From: a virus
Taxonomy: Duplodnaviria; Caudoviricetes
IMG/VR virus record: IMGVR_UViG_3300046167_000801
DNA length: 64,000 bases
Strand: one strand, 5' to 3'
Part shown: positions 37,874 through 46,641 of the stretch, piece by piece
Layout: every line of letters begins with the position of its first letter
How positions within the stretch are numbered: the stretch's first letter is position 1
Position numbers and translations under genes: made by a program
Notes under the pieces: generated by a model
The model's input: only the letters and a program-made list of their open reading frames with translations
Database searches by the model: none
What the model was told of the DNA's origin: nothing

Positions 37874-39246
37874 GTGAGTTACTATCCAACATAAAGAAAC
37901 AACTAGACCAAAAGGGTAGAGGTTTTTGTGCTGCAAAGTGGACACAAGTAACTATACATTTAGGTACGGGGTTAACACATTCATGTCACCACCCCAACCC
38001 ACATAAAATTGGTTTAGCCGAATTAAGAAATAACCCATCGGCACTACACAACACACAACACAAAAAGAGGGCTCGTAAACAAATGTTGGAAGGTGAAAGA
38101 CCTAGTGAGTGTGATTATTGTTGGAAGATCGAGGACAACTCAAACTCATTCTCAGACAGGGTATTTAAATCTTCAGAGTCATGGTCAGCACCATACATAG
38201 AAGAAATTAAAGAATACGGATGGAGAGGTAATTATAATCCAAAATATGTTGAGGTTTCTTTCTCAAACGTATGTAATTTTAAATGTGCGTATTGTGGACC
38301 ACAATTCTCATCGAAATGGGTGAATGAGATAAATAAAAATGGTGCTTATAAATTATCGTATGATTATAATGATACGGAACATTTAAAAAAGAAAAATGAA
38401 ATGCCAATTCATCATAATGATTTTAATCCATATGTTGAGGCGTTTTGGAAATGGTTCCCTGATTTGTATCCTGACCTACACACATTTAGGGTGACGGGAG
38501 GTGAACCACTACTATCATCAGACACTTTTAAGTTATTGGAATATATACAAAATAACCACGAAGTAAATCCTAACCTATCGTTAGCCATAAACACAAATTT
38601 AGGTGTGAGTGATGATATCATTGATAGGTTCATCAATATCATAGAAGATTTAACAGAAAACAATAAAGTAAAGGAGTTTATTGTTTTTACATCAATCGAA
38701 GCAACCAAGTCACAAGCAGAATATCTGAGGTATGGGTTAGATACTAGTAAATTTTGGACTAATGTTGAGAAAATACTTAGTAAGTTACCAAAAGTGACTA
38801 TTAATATAATGTCAACATACAACGCATTATCTGTATTCACATATGATGATTTAATTGATAGAGTATTTGATCTGAAAAGAAAATACCAAAATAATGAAAG
38901 GTATTGGGTGTCTGCAATACAATTAGACACATCATACATACGACACCCTAAACACCTGTCAGTTAAAATTTTAGAGGATAATCATAAAGAATTGATTTTA
39001 CAATCAGCTAAAAAAATGTTATATTATGGTATGAAGGAATTCACTCATGATAATTATGGGTTTTCTACCGTAGAAATACAAAAATTAAAACGAACATATG
39101 ATTACGCAATTAGTACGGACGACTTCGACGTTGAAACCAACAGGAAGGATTTCGTTAAATTCGTTGATCAGTACGATAAAAGACGAAAATTAAATTTTTT
39201 GGACACATTTCCACAACTAAAAGAGTTCTATGTTAAAAATCAATAA
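37870..39246 (+). CDS. Radical SAM protein with N-terminal Cys-rich twitch/SPASM-like domain (458 aa)
   Basis: CNFKCAYC cluster motif; VTGGEPL; N-terminal CAAKW...SCHH...CDYCW. Confidence 0.88.
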   Translation: MSELLSNIKKQLDQKGRGFCAAKWTQVTIHLGTGLTHSCHHPNPHKIGLAELRNNPSALHNTQHKKRARKQMLEGERPSECDYCWKIEDNSNSFSDRVFKSSESWSAPYIEEIKEYGWRGNYNPKYVEVSFSNVCNFKCAYCGPQFSSKWVNEINKNGAYKLSYDYNDTEHLKKKNEMPIHHNDFNPYVEAFWKWFPDLYPDLHTFRVTGGEPLLSSDTFKLLEYIQNNHEVNPNLSLAINTNLGVSDDIIDRFINIIEDLTENNKVKEFIVFTSIEATKSQAEYLRYGLDTSKFWTNVEKILSKLPKVTINIMSTYNALSVFTYDDLIDRVFDLKRKYQNNERYWVSAIQLDTSYIRHPKHLSVKILEDNHKELILQSAKKMLYYGMKEFTHDNYGFSTVEIQKLKRTYDYAISTDDFDVETNRKDFVKFVDQYDKRRKLNFLDTFPQLKEFYVKNQ

Positions 39247-39814
39247 AGGGGAACCTTGGATATTTTGGCCTAATAGTATTTGTGAAACATTTCCTGAAGA
39301 TGCGGGAAACAAAATACTATCCAATAAATTAAATTACACCTTAGAAGTTGATTTTGTATTAACAGATGAGAGTGATTTGGAGAAAACTCTATTTGCATTA
39401 GTACCAAGGTATATGGGTTTAAATATTAACCCTACTAATATCTCATTTACAATCACTTTTCAAGATGATGTAGAATATTATACCTTAGAACATATGGTGG
39501 TCCCTAATCAACTAACTAATATTAAATTAAATCACATTTATAAAGATAGGTTTGAATTGTTTTTAAATGGTGAAGTAATATTAAATGTTGATTTGAGTGA
39601 AAGGGAATTAGGTTTAGACCACTCACCTCACATAATTTTTGGTGCGGGTAACTTCCCTAAGAATAAAACGAATACAAATTATACTGAATTTGAGTTTCAT
39701 AAGTTTAAACTAATAACAGATGGTAAATTAATATCTGAACATACGTTTGAGGAATTTATACATAACAAATCAGTAGATATTTCAGGGAATTGTAATTTCC
39801 TACATAAAATTTAA
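39230..39814 (+). CDS. LamG-like beta-sandwich protein (194 aa)
   Basis: FELFLNGEV, IIFGAGN and a C-terminal VDISGNCN closing strand resemble the LamG fold. Confidence 0.5.
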   Translation: MLKINKGEPWIFWPNSICETFPEDAGNKILSNKLNYTLEVDFVLTDESDLEKTLFALVPRYMGLNINPTNISFTITFQDDVEYYTLEHMVVPNQLTNIKLNHIYKDRFELFLNGEVILNVDLSERELGLDHSPHIIFGAGNFPKNKTNTNYTEFEFHKFKLITDGKLISEHTFEEFIHNKSVDISGNCNFLHKI

Positions 39815-39831
39815 AATTATAATATAAAATA

Positions 39832-41400
39832 ATGAGTATAGATGCAAGAAAACCCGGTGAAACATTTCTCGAATATCGAGATCGGGTAATTAACAAAATT
39901 TCACCTTCATTTTGTGGGGCTAAATGGTATAATGCAACGATATGGTTAGGTAACGGGGCAACAACAAGTTGTCATCACCCACCGTCACATAAGATACCAC
40001 TAACAGATCTTGAAAAATCGTATAAAGCAATCCATAATACCACATATAAGAAGGCGGTACGTAAACAAATGTTGGAGGGTGTACGTCCAAAAGAATGTGA
40101 TTACTGTTGGAGAATAGAAGATTTGGGGAAAGATATGATTTCTGATAGAACACATAAATCAGTCATTTACACTGATAAAGAATTGGTTGATGCCAAGGAA
40201 AAGTTAGGTGCAAGTGAAGATGTGGATCTAAGGACTTTAGAAATTTCGTTTGATCCTGTATGTAACTTTGCTTGTTCATATTGTAACTCATCGTTTTCCA
40301 CAACATGGCAAAAAGACATCAATAAGAATGGTCCCTACCAAAATCTGGTAAGTGATGGTGCGGGTGCATTTCAACATAATGGTGACCATGCAATGCCTTA
40401 TGGAAAATTAAATTTAAAAAACCCCTATGTCGACGCATTTTGGAAATGGTGGGAGGGTGAATTACAACACTCATTACGAGAGTTAAGGGTAACAGGTGGT
40501 GAACCATCAATGTCCCGTAATTTTTGGAAATTAATGAAGTGGTGGGAAACAAACCAAAACTCAGAAATTGATTTTGCAATAAACTCTAACTTGGGTATAA
40601 GTGATAAAATAATGGACGCACTTATTAAGTATAGTCACAATGTTAAATCATTTCACATTTATACAAGTTGTGAAGCGTATGGAACTCATGCGGAATATAT
40701 TAGAGACGGATTAGATTGGAGGAAGTGGTTAAAAAATGTAGATAGAATATTAGATGAGGGAAATATTAAATCACTTAATATGATGTTAACAATAAACTCA
40801 TTATGTCTTTTTAGTTTACCTGAGTTTATGGATGAAATGATGAAAATTAAAAGAAGACATAAATCCTCATCACCTGTATGTTCTTTTAACATTCTAAGAT
40901 TCCCGTCATTTCAATCAATTGTGACATTACCAATGCAAATGAGATTAGAAAGGGCGGATGCACTCGAAAAATGGATCGAGGACAATTACACTGATGGTTC
41001 TAACTATTTTATGGATTGGGAGCGTGATGGTATGGTCCGTTTAATCAACTATCTAAGAAATACTGAGGAAGGTCATGACCATACATCATCTATAGAGACT
41101 AGAGAACGGGATTTTAAATCATTTTACAAACAATATGATAAACGTAGAGGTAAAAATTTCTTAGAAACGTTCCCTATGTTAAAAAAGTGGTGGGATTTGA
41201 TACCTGACACAAATATCAAGGAGTTGGAGACAACATTAAATGGTGATGATACTAAACATAATAAATATGTTAATGAAGTACTCACCATCGCTAAGGAAGA
41301 AGGTTGGGTTTTAGAACCTCAGTGGGCTAATCCTGGTGCACAAGATTATGTTGAATCCCCTGAGGAGATAAACATACTTGACTACATTAAAAAATTATAA
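39832..41400 (+). CDS. Second radical SAM protein, paralogue of 37870 (522 aa)
   Basis: CNFACSYC; VTGGEP; N-terminal CGAKW...SCHHP...CDYCW; shared YD.RR..NFL.TFP tail. Confidence 0.88.
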   Translation: MSIDARKPGETFLEYRDRVINKISPSFCGAKWYNATIWLGNGATTSCHHPPSHKIPLTDLEKSYKAIHNTTYKKAVRKQMLEGVRPKECDYCWRIEDLGKDMISDRTHKSVIYTDKELVDAKEKLGASEDVDLRTLEISFDPVCNFACSYCNSSFSTTWQKDINKNGPYQNLVSDGAGAFQHNGDHAMPYGKLNLKNPYVDAFWKWWEGELQHSLRELRVTGGEPSMSRNFWKLMKWWETNQNSEIDFAINSNLGISDKIMDALIKYSHNVKSFHIYTSCEAYGTHAEYIRDGLDWRKWLKNVDRILDEGNIKSLNMMLTINSLCLFSLPEFMDEMMKIKRRHKSSSPVCSFNILRFPSFQSIVTLPMQMRLERADALEKWIEDNYTDGSNYFMDWERDGMVRLINYLRNTEEGHDHTSSIETRERDFKSFYKQYDKRRGKNFLETFPMLKKWWDLIPDTNIKELETTLNGDDTKHNKYVNEVLTIAKEEGWVLEPQWANPGAQDYVESPEEINILDYIKKL

Positions 41401-41406
41401 GATTTA

Positions 41407-41414
41407 TATTTATA
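41407..41414 (+). promoter_or_regulatory. TATTTATA putative late element
   Basis: Intergenic, 15 nt before ATG 41430. Confidence 0.4.
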
Positions 41415-41429
41415 ATAAAAACTCTAAGA

Positions 41430-42224
41430 ATGGTTGAGGGGAAAAAAGTATTATTAGCAAGTGGGTGTAGTTTCACATTTGAAGATTGGAATTGGCCGGG
41501 ACATTTGGCACAAAAATTAAATTTAAATGTGATGAACAAAGGAATGGCATCACAAGGTAATGGACTAATTTCTCGTAAGGTTATTTCAGGATTAGATGAG
41601 TTACTTAAAACATATAAGAAAGAAGAAATATTAGTTGGTATAATGTGGTCGGGAGTTAATAGACATGAGTATTATACTGAAGACACAGAAGATGTCAAAA
41701 CATGGGGATTTTTTAGTAAAGATGATAATACTATAAAAAATCCAACCGATGTTATTGATGGTAAGTTTAATTGGAGAATATTAAACATTAATTGGGAAAG
41801 TAAAGAAGTTAAATCATACTATGAAGTCTTTCATAATGAAATATCATCCATGGTCTTTACTATCGAACACATATTAAGAATTCAGTGGTACTTAGACAGT
41901 TTGGGTATTGATTATTTTATGTCAACTTATATGGATATATTTAAATGGGGACACTTAAAATATCACCCTGAAATAGTACCTCTTTTCTCTAAGGTAAATC
42001 TAGATAAATTTCTACCTATTGACGGTTGTATGGAATGGGTTCAAAATAACTATGATGAGTTAGGGATGCCAATGTCATTTGACAAGGATGGTAATCGAGG
42101 TGTACACCCAACATCCTATGGTCATGAAAAATTTGCTGAAGAGGTAATTATACCTCATTTGAGTTCGAATAACATAAAAACTAAAAATTCGGATAATATA
42201 AAAACTAAACGAAAATTAATTTAA
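41430..42224 (+). CDS. SGNH/GDSL-like hydrolase or acyltransferase (264 aa)
   Basis: LLASGCSFT block I, G...GN block II and C-terminal HPT..GH. Confidence 0.7.
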   Translation: MVEGKKVLLASGCSFTFEDWNWPGHLAQKLNLNVMNKGMASQGNGLISRKVISGLDELLKTYKKEEILVGIMWSGVNRHEYYTEDTEDVKTWGFFSKDDNTIKNPTDVIDGKFNWRILNINWESKEVKSYYEVFHNEISSMVFTIEHILRIQWYLDSLGIDYFMSTYMDIFKWGHLKYHPEIVPLFSKVNLDKFLPIDGCMEWVQNNYDELGMPMSFDKDGNRGVHPTSYGHEKFAEEVIIPHLSSNNIKTKNSDNIKTKRKLI

Positions 42225-42227
42225 TTT

Positions 42228-43220
42228 ATGGTAATAAATGAATTAGTTTATATCCACGGTTATGATCACCAACCCGAATTAAGTTTTTTAAAATTCCCCA
42301 ACCAAACGAAAACAATCGAACATTGTGAAACGGTTGTTGTATCACCATATGGGTTTGATGTTGATTTATATAAAAGAGACTTAATGGGTTTTCTTAATGA
42401 TGGTCGTAAATTGATAATAGATGCATCTACGGAAATTATTGGTAAATTAACTATTGATTTTGTTTTAGATCTTGAGGATTCATCTTTAATTACCATATAT
42501 GCAAACACCTATGAATTAGAATTTGAAAACGATATTAATTCAATTAGAACGAAAGGTGGTAACGTGGTTTTTTTACCATTTTTTATAAAATATATGGATC
42601 AATACAAACCTATGTATTCAGATAAAGATATTAAACATAAAGACTATTTGTTTCTAAGTGGAAAAAGTAAACCACCAAGAACTTCTATGGTTGGTTTGCT
42701 GTCTCACCACAATTTAATTGGTAATGGACATGTTAGTTTTTTTGGTGATGGAGTTACGAATAATAAGGGTAATTTCTTTTATGATAAAACATCGGATTAC
42801 CTCAACGAGGTTGGTATTACTGAAAGTCAAAAAATAAAGATTAAAGACGGGTTATCAAAACTCCCAAAAAAATTGGTTTTAGATGTCAATAATCTTACAC
42901 ATGGGATTTCACACACACGTTATTATAACGGTGATTATTATAAAGTCGTTGACTTTGTAATAGTAGTTGAAAGTGATGTGTCAGAAGGTTTACATTTTAT
43001 AACAGAAAAAACAATGAAATGTATCCAACAAGATAAGAAGTTCATATTACTCTCAAGTAAGGGGTCGCTGACAAACCTTAAACATGAAGTAAAAGAACAC
43101 CTGAATCTTGATATCACTCACCTAACAGATTGGTGTGACACATCTTACGATGAAATTGGTGATATATGGAAACGGTTGGATAAAATAATTAATATTATCG
43201 AGGATAAAATACTAAATTAA
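42228..43220 (+). CDS. Putative GT-B-like glycosyltransferase (330 aa)
   Basis: FL.LSGK..P.R start and IVVES......FITEKT.KCI...K.FI pattern reminiscent of GT10/GT47-like C-termini. Confidence 0.45.
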   Translation: MVINELVYIHGYDHQPELSFLKFPNQTKTIEHCETVVVSPYGFDVDLYKRDLMGFLNDGRKLIIDASTEIIGKLTIDFVLDLEDSSLITIYANTYELEFENDINSIRTKGGNVVFLPFFIKYMDQYKPMYSDKDIKHKDYLFLSGKSKPPRTSMVGLLSHHNLIGNGHVSFFGDGVTNNKGNFFYDKTSDYLNEVGITESQKIKIKDGLSKLPKKLVLDVNNLTHGISHTRYYNGDYYKVVDFVIVVESDVSEGLHFITEKTMKCIQQDKKFILLSSKGSLTNLKHEVKEHLNLDITHLTDWCDTSYDEIGDIWKRLDKIINIIEDKILN

Positions 43221-43221
43221 A

Positions 43222-44700
43222 ATGAATCTAGTTTATAATGAAATATTTGTGTACGACACTCAAGGTCGACCTGAGTTTGTAAGTTCAAACCTCCCATCAT
43301 ATAATATTCACCCATGGCACACCCACCCACTACTAACTGAACACGATCGTGATGGTAATTATGAATTTATTAATATATTAAGTGATAAGTTAGGTATTGT
43401 ATTTCCCTATAAAAGAACTGGTGATGAGAGTAAAGAGATAATGGATCACTTTCACTGCTTGAGGAGTCAAAGTTTTGAGGTTTTTTTAGATCATGACGTT
43501 TTTAGACACAAAATTTATACGTTAGATGATATAAAAACGGATAATCCCGATATCAAATATATATACCCAATTGTTTTATACAATAACGAATTGTTTGATG
43601 CGTATAGTACGGTTGATATAGATCCTAAAATAATCGAGGACTCGAAAAGTGGTAAATGTAAAATATGTTTTTTACAACCTACAGAAGGTTTCTTTGGTCA
43701 AGATGACCATAATTATGTGTGGTTTGATAATTTATCTAAAAAATATGGTTTAGATAAAACTAATCTCTATATGATTACAACTAATTTAATTGCAAAAAAA
43801 CGTAAAGAGTTTTTAGAGACGAATGGTCACATAACAAAAGATTCATATACTATATTAGATTACACATATTTTGGTTGTAATCTATGGTTTCATGAGCCAG
43901 GTCAAATAACTGACCCTAAATGTGAGATAGGTGGAAGGGAGAAACTATCTGATTTTATCAAATCATCACTTACAAAAAGAAAAAAATACCATTTCTTAAA
44001 TTTCAATAGGGTGCCCAAACTACATAGGGTTTTAATTTACGGATTATTAAAAAGTCACGATATTTTTGAGGGTAAATTCATTTCATCCTTGGGTGGACTT
44101 CGTACAAATAATCCAGATGAGTATTTGAATTGGGTTGATCAAAGTGTACCTAAGGAGTATAATGATAAATGGAAAAACACCATTAAAAATTACTACAGGA
44201 ATCACGATGCGAGAGAACACTATTGGTACGATGAACCTGACTTGGAAAATAATAAGGCAATGAATTTAAATATGAAAGCACATACGGATTCATTTGTAAA
44301 TATCGTGTCTGAATCATTAACTCATGAAACGACGGTATTTTTCTCAGAGAAAATATACAAACCCATATTTGTTGCTCAACCATTTATATTGGTGGGTAAC
44401 CCCAGGTCGTTAGAGGTTTTACGAAGTCAAGGATACAAGACATTTTCTAAATGGTGGGATGAGAGTTATGATGAAGAACTTGACTACTATAAAAGGATGA
44501 ATAAAATTTTTGATGTAATGAAAGAAATTGCGTCTTGGGATATGGAAAAGTGTTTTAAGATAACTCAGGAGATGTTACCTAATCTATTACATAACTTCAA
44601 TGTCTTAATGAAGGGTCAAACACTACAAGATCTATTTAAAGAAATAGACCCTTCACACACAAAAAAACAATATACAAAAACCCATAAAACGATAATTTAA
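43222..44700 (+). CDS. Putative GT-B-like glycosyltransferase, paralogue of the preceding gene (492 aa)
   Basis: FLNFNRVPKLHR; FVNIVSES...FFSEKIYKPI...QPFILVG...GYKTFSKWWDESYD. Confidence 0.5.
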   Translation: MNLVYNEIFVYDTQGRPEFVSSNLPSYNIHPWHTHPLLTEHDRDGNYEFINILSDKLGIVFPYKRTGDESKEIMDHFHCLRSQSFEVFLDHDVFRHKIYTLDDIKTDNPDIKYIYPIVLYNNELFDAYSTVDIDPKIIEDSKSGKCKICFLQPTEGFFGQDDHNYVWFDNLSKKYGLDKTNLYMITTNLIAKKRKEFLETNGHITKDSYTILDYTYFGCNLWFHEPGQITDPKCEIGGREKLSDFIKSSLTKRKKYHFLNFNRVPKLHRVLIYGLLKSHDIFEGKFISSLGGLRTNNPDEYLNWVDQSVPKEYNDKWKNTIKNYYRNHDAREHYWYDEPDLENNKAMNLNMKAHTDSFVNIVSESLTHETTVFFSEKIYKPIFVAQPFILVGNPRSLEVLRSQGYKTFSKWWDESYDEELDYYKRMNKIFDVMKEIASWDMEKCFKITQEMLPNLLHNFNVLMKGQTLQDLFKEIDPSHTKKQYTKTHKTII

Positions 44701-44714
44701 AGACATTAAAACAC

Positions 44715-44743
44715 TTTACTAATACGTCATTTTATTATACATT
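44715..44743 (+). promoter_or_regulatory. sigma70-like promoter TTTACT-N17-TACATT
   Basis: -35 at 44715-44720, 17-nt spacer, -10 at 44738-44743, upstream of ugd. Confidence 0.45.
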
Positions 44744-44767
44744 ATATGTATTAAATACATGTAAAAT

Positions 44768-45769
44768 ATGAACGTAGGATTTATTGGAGTTGGTAAACTC
44801 GGAAAAGACGCGGCCGAAGTAATGGCGGAGAAACATAACGTCGTTGGTTATGACATAACTGAAGTACAACCAGATAACTTTAGAATGGTCCCAACAATTA
44901 AGGATGTTTGTGAAGGTGGTAGAGAACTAATTTTCATTGCTGTTCCAACACCACACCATCCAGACTATGATGGAAGATACCCAACATCACATTTAGAAAA
45001 TAAGGATTTTAATTACGACATAGTGAAAGAAGTTCTAACGGAGGTAAATAAATATGTCTCTAAAGATCAACTCATTGTCTTAATCTCAACAGTCCTACCT
45101 GGTACTATTAGACGAGAATTTATTGACTTAATACCAAATGGTAGGTTTATATATAATCCATATCTAATTGCAATGGGTACTGTAAAATGGGATATGGTAA
45201 ATCCTGAAATGATTATCATCGGAACAGAAGATGGTTCCGAAACGGGAGACGCGAAATTACTATTAGACTTTTATAAAACATTTATTACTGAAGGTACGAG
45301 GTATGAACTTGGTACGTGGGATGAAGCCGAAGGAATTAAAATATTTTACAATACGTTTATATCGACCAAAGTCGCACTGGTTAACATGATTCAAGACGTT
45401 GCTGAAAAATCGGGTAACATTAATACTGATGTTATTACAGGAGCACTTGAAAGATCCACATATAGAATTTTAGGACCCGCATATATGAAAGCAGGAATGG
45501 GAGATGGTGGAGGATGTCATCCTCGTGATAATATCGCATTAAGATACATGGCCCAAGAATTGAATTTAGGGTATGACTTATTTGATGCGATTATGTTAGC
45601 AAGAGAAGTACAAGCAAAAAACATTGCAACTAAGTTAGTTGTTGAATCAAATAAACGTAACCTACCGATTATTATATTAGGTCAATCATATAAACCTGAC
45701 GTAGAGTATTTAGATGGTTCTTCATCTATTCTTGTTGGTCATTACTGTGAATCTTCGTATGGTAGGTAA
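44768..45769 (+). CDS. ugd: UDP-glucose/GDP-mannose dehydrogenase family protein, N-terminal 333 aa (frameshifted near the end)
   Basis: Rossmann GFIGVGKLG, IFIAVPTP, STVLPGT, catalytic GMGDGGGCHPRD and YKPD motifs; stops prematurely at 45767-45769. Confidence 0.88.
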   Translation: MNVGFIGVGKLGKDAAEVMAEKHNVVGYDITEVQPDNFRMVPTIKDVCEGGRELIFIAVPTPHHPDYDGRYPTSHLENKDFNYDIVKEVLTEVNKYVSKDQLIVLISTVLPGTIRREFIDLIPNGRFIYNPYLIAMGTVKWDMVNPEMIIIGTEDGSETGDAKLLLDFYKTFITEGTRYELGTWDEAEGIKIFYNTFISTKVALVNMIQDVAEKSGNINTDVITGALERSTYRILGPAYMKAGMGDGGGCHPRDNIALRYMAQELNLGYDLFDAIMLAREVQAKNIATKLVVESNKRNLPIIILGQSYKPDVEYLDGSSSILVGHYCESSYGR

Positions 45770-45947
45770 ATACAAAGTACAGTATGATTTAGAGACCCCA
45801 ATTAAAGGAATTTACTTATTGGGACATATGGGTAAACACCATGATTATGATTTCCCTGATGGGTCGGTAGTGGTGGATCCGTGGAGATCATATAAGACAG
45901 AAAAAGATATTAAGGTTATTCATTACGGAAATACTCGAATTGGATAA
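45761..45947 (+). pseudogene. ugd: C-terminal remainder of the dehydrogenase in the +1 frame
   Basis: After GGTAGGTA (45761-45768) the +1 frame reads GKYKVQYD...VVVDPWR...IHYG, matching the end of the UDP-binding domain. Confidence 0.7.
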
Positions 45948-45948
45948 T

Positions 45949-46626
45949 ATGAAAAATAAGATTTGGTTCTTTGGTGACAGTTTCACTTATGGTGATGGGT
46001 GTGTTGAAGATCGACCACCTAATGGGGAGTATTATAAACTAAAACCACATGGTGTGTTATGGAGAAAAGGTGTTGCGGACCATTTTAATATGAATGAAAT
46101 TAATAGATCGATAGGTGGGGCATCTAATGATTGGATAATTAATTCATTAATCGACGAGTTACTAAACATACAACCTAATGACATTGTTGTGGTCGGTTTA
46201 TCATGGTCGGAAAGGTTTCAACTGATCGATAAGAAAAGTGGTAAATATATGAATTTTTTACCTCAGGATTTTATTAACCATACAAGTGAGGACACCCCCT
46301 TAGTACTTGATGAGGATGATAGTAGATATAATGTGGAATTATTTAATTCATTGAAAACGGTTTTGGTTGAGTATAGAGTACAACACGGTGAAATATTAAA
46401 AAAATATCAGTATGAACAAGCGTTAAAAATATTAAAAAAATTAGAACAATTTGGTGTTAGATTTTTACTATGGGATCTTAAAGATGTTCAGTTTCGTTAT
46501 GAATCAATTGATCATGAAATGGGTAATGGTGATTACCATTGGTCATGGAAAGGACATGAGGGTTGGATGTTAAAATGTATTGAGTTATTAGAAAATAATA
46601 AAAATGAATATATGTGTAAAGATTAA
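45949..46626 (+). CDS. SGNH/GDSL-like protein (225 aa from ATG 45949)
   Basis: IWFFGDSFTYG block I, GGASND block II and DYHWSWKGH C-terminal motif. Confidence 0.72.
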   Translation: MKNKIWFFGDSFTYGDGCVEDRPPNGEYYKLKPHGVLWRKGVADHFNMNEINRSIGGASNDWIINSLIDELLNIQPNDIVVVGLSWSERFQLIDKKSGKYMNFLPQDFINHTSEDTPLVLDEDDSRYNVELFNSLKTVLVEYRVQHGEILKKYQYEQALKILKKLEQFGVRFLLWDLKDVQFRYESIDHEMGNGDYHWSWKGHEGWMLKCIELLENNKNEYMCKD

Positions 46627-46641
46627 ATAACACAAACTATT

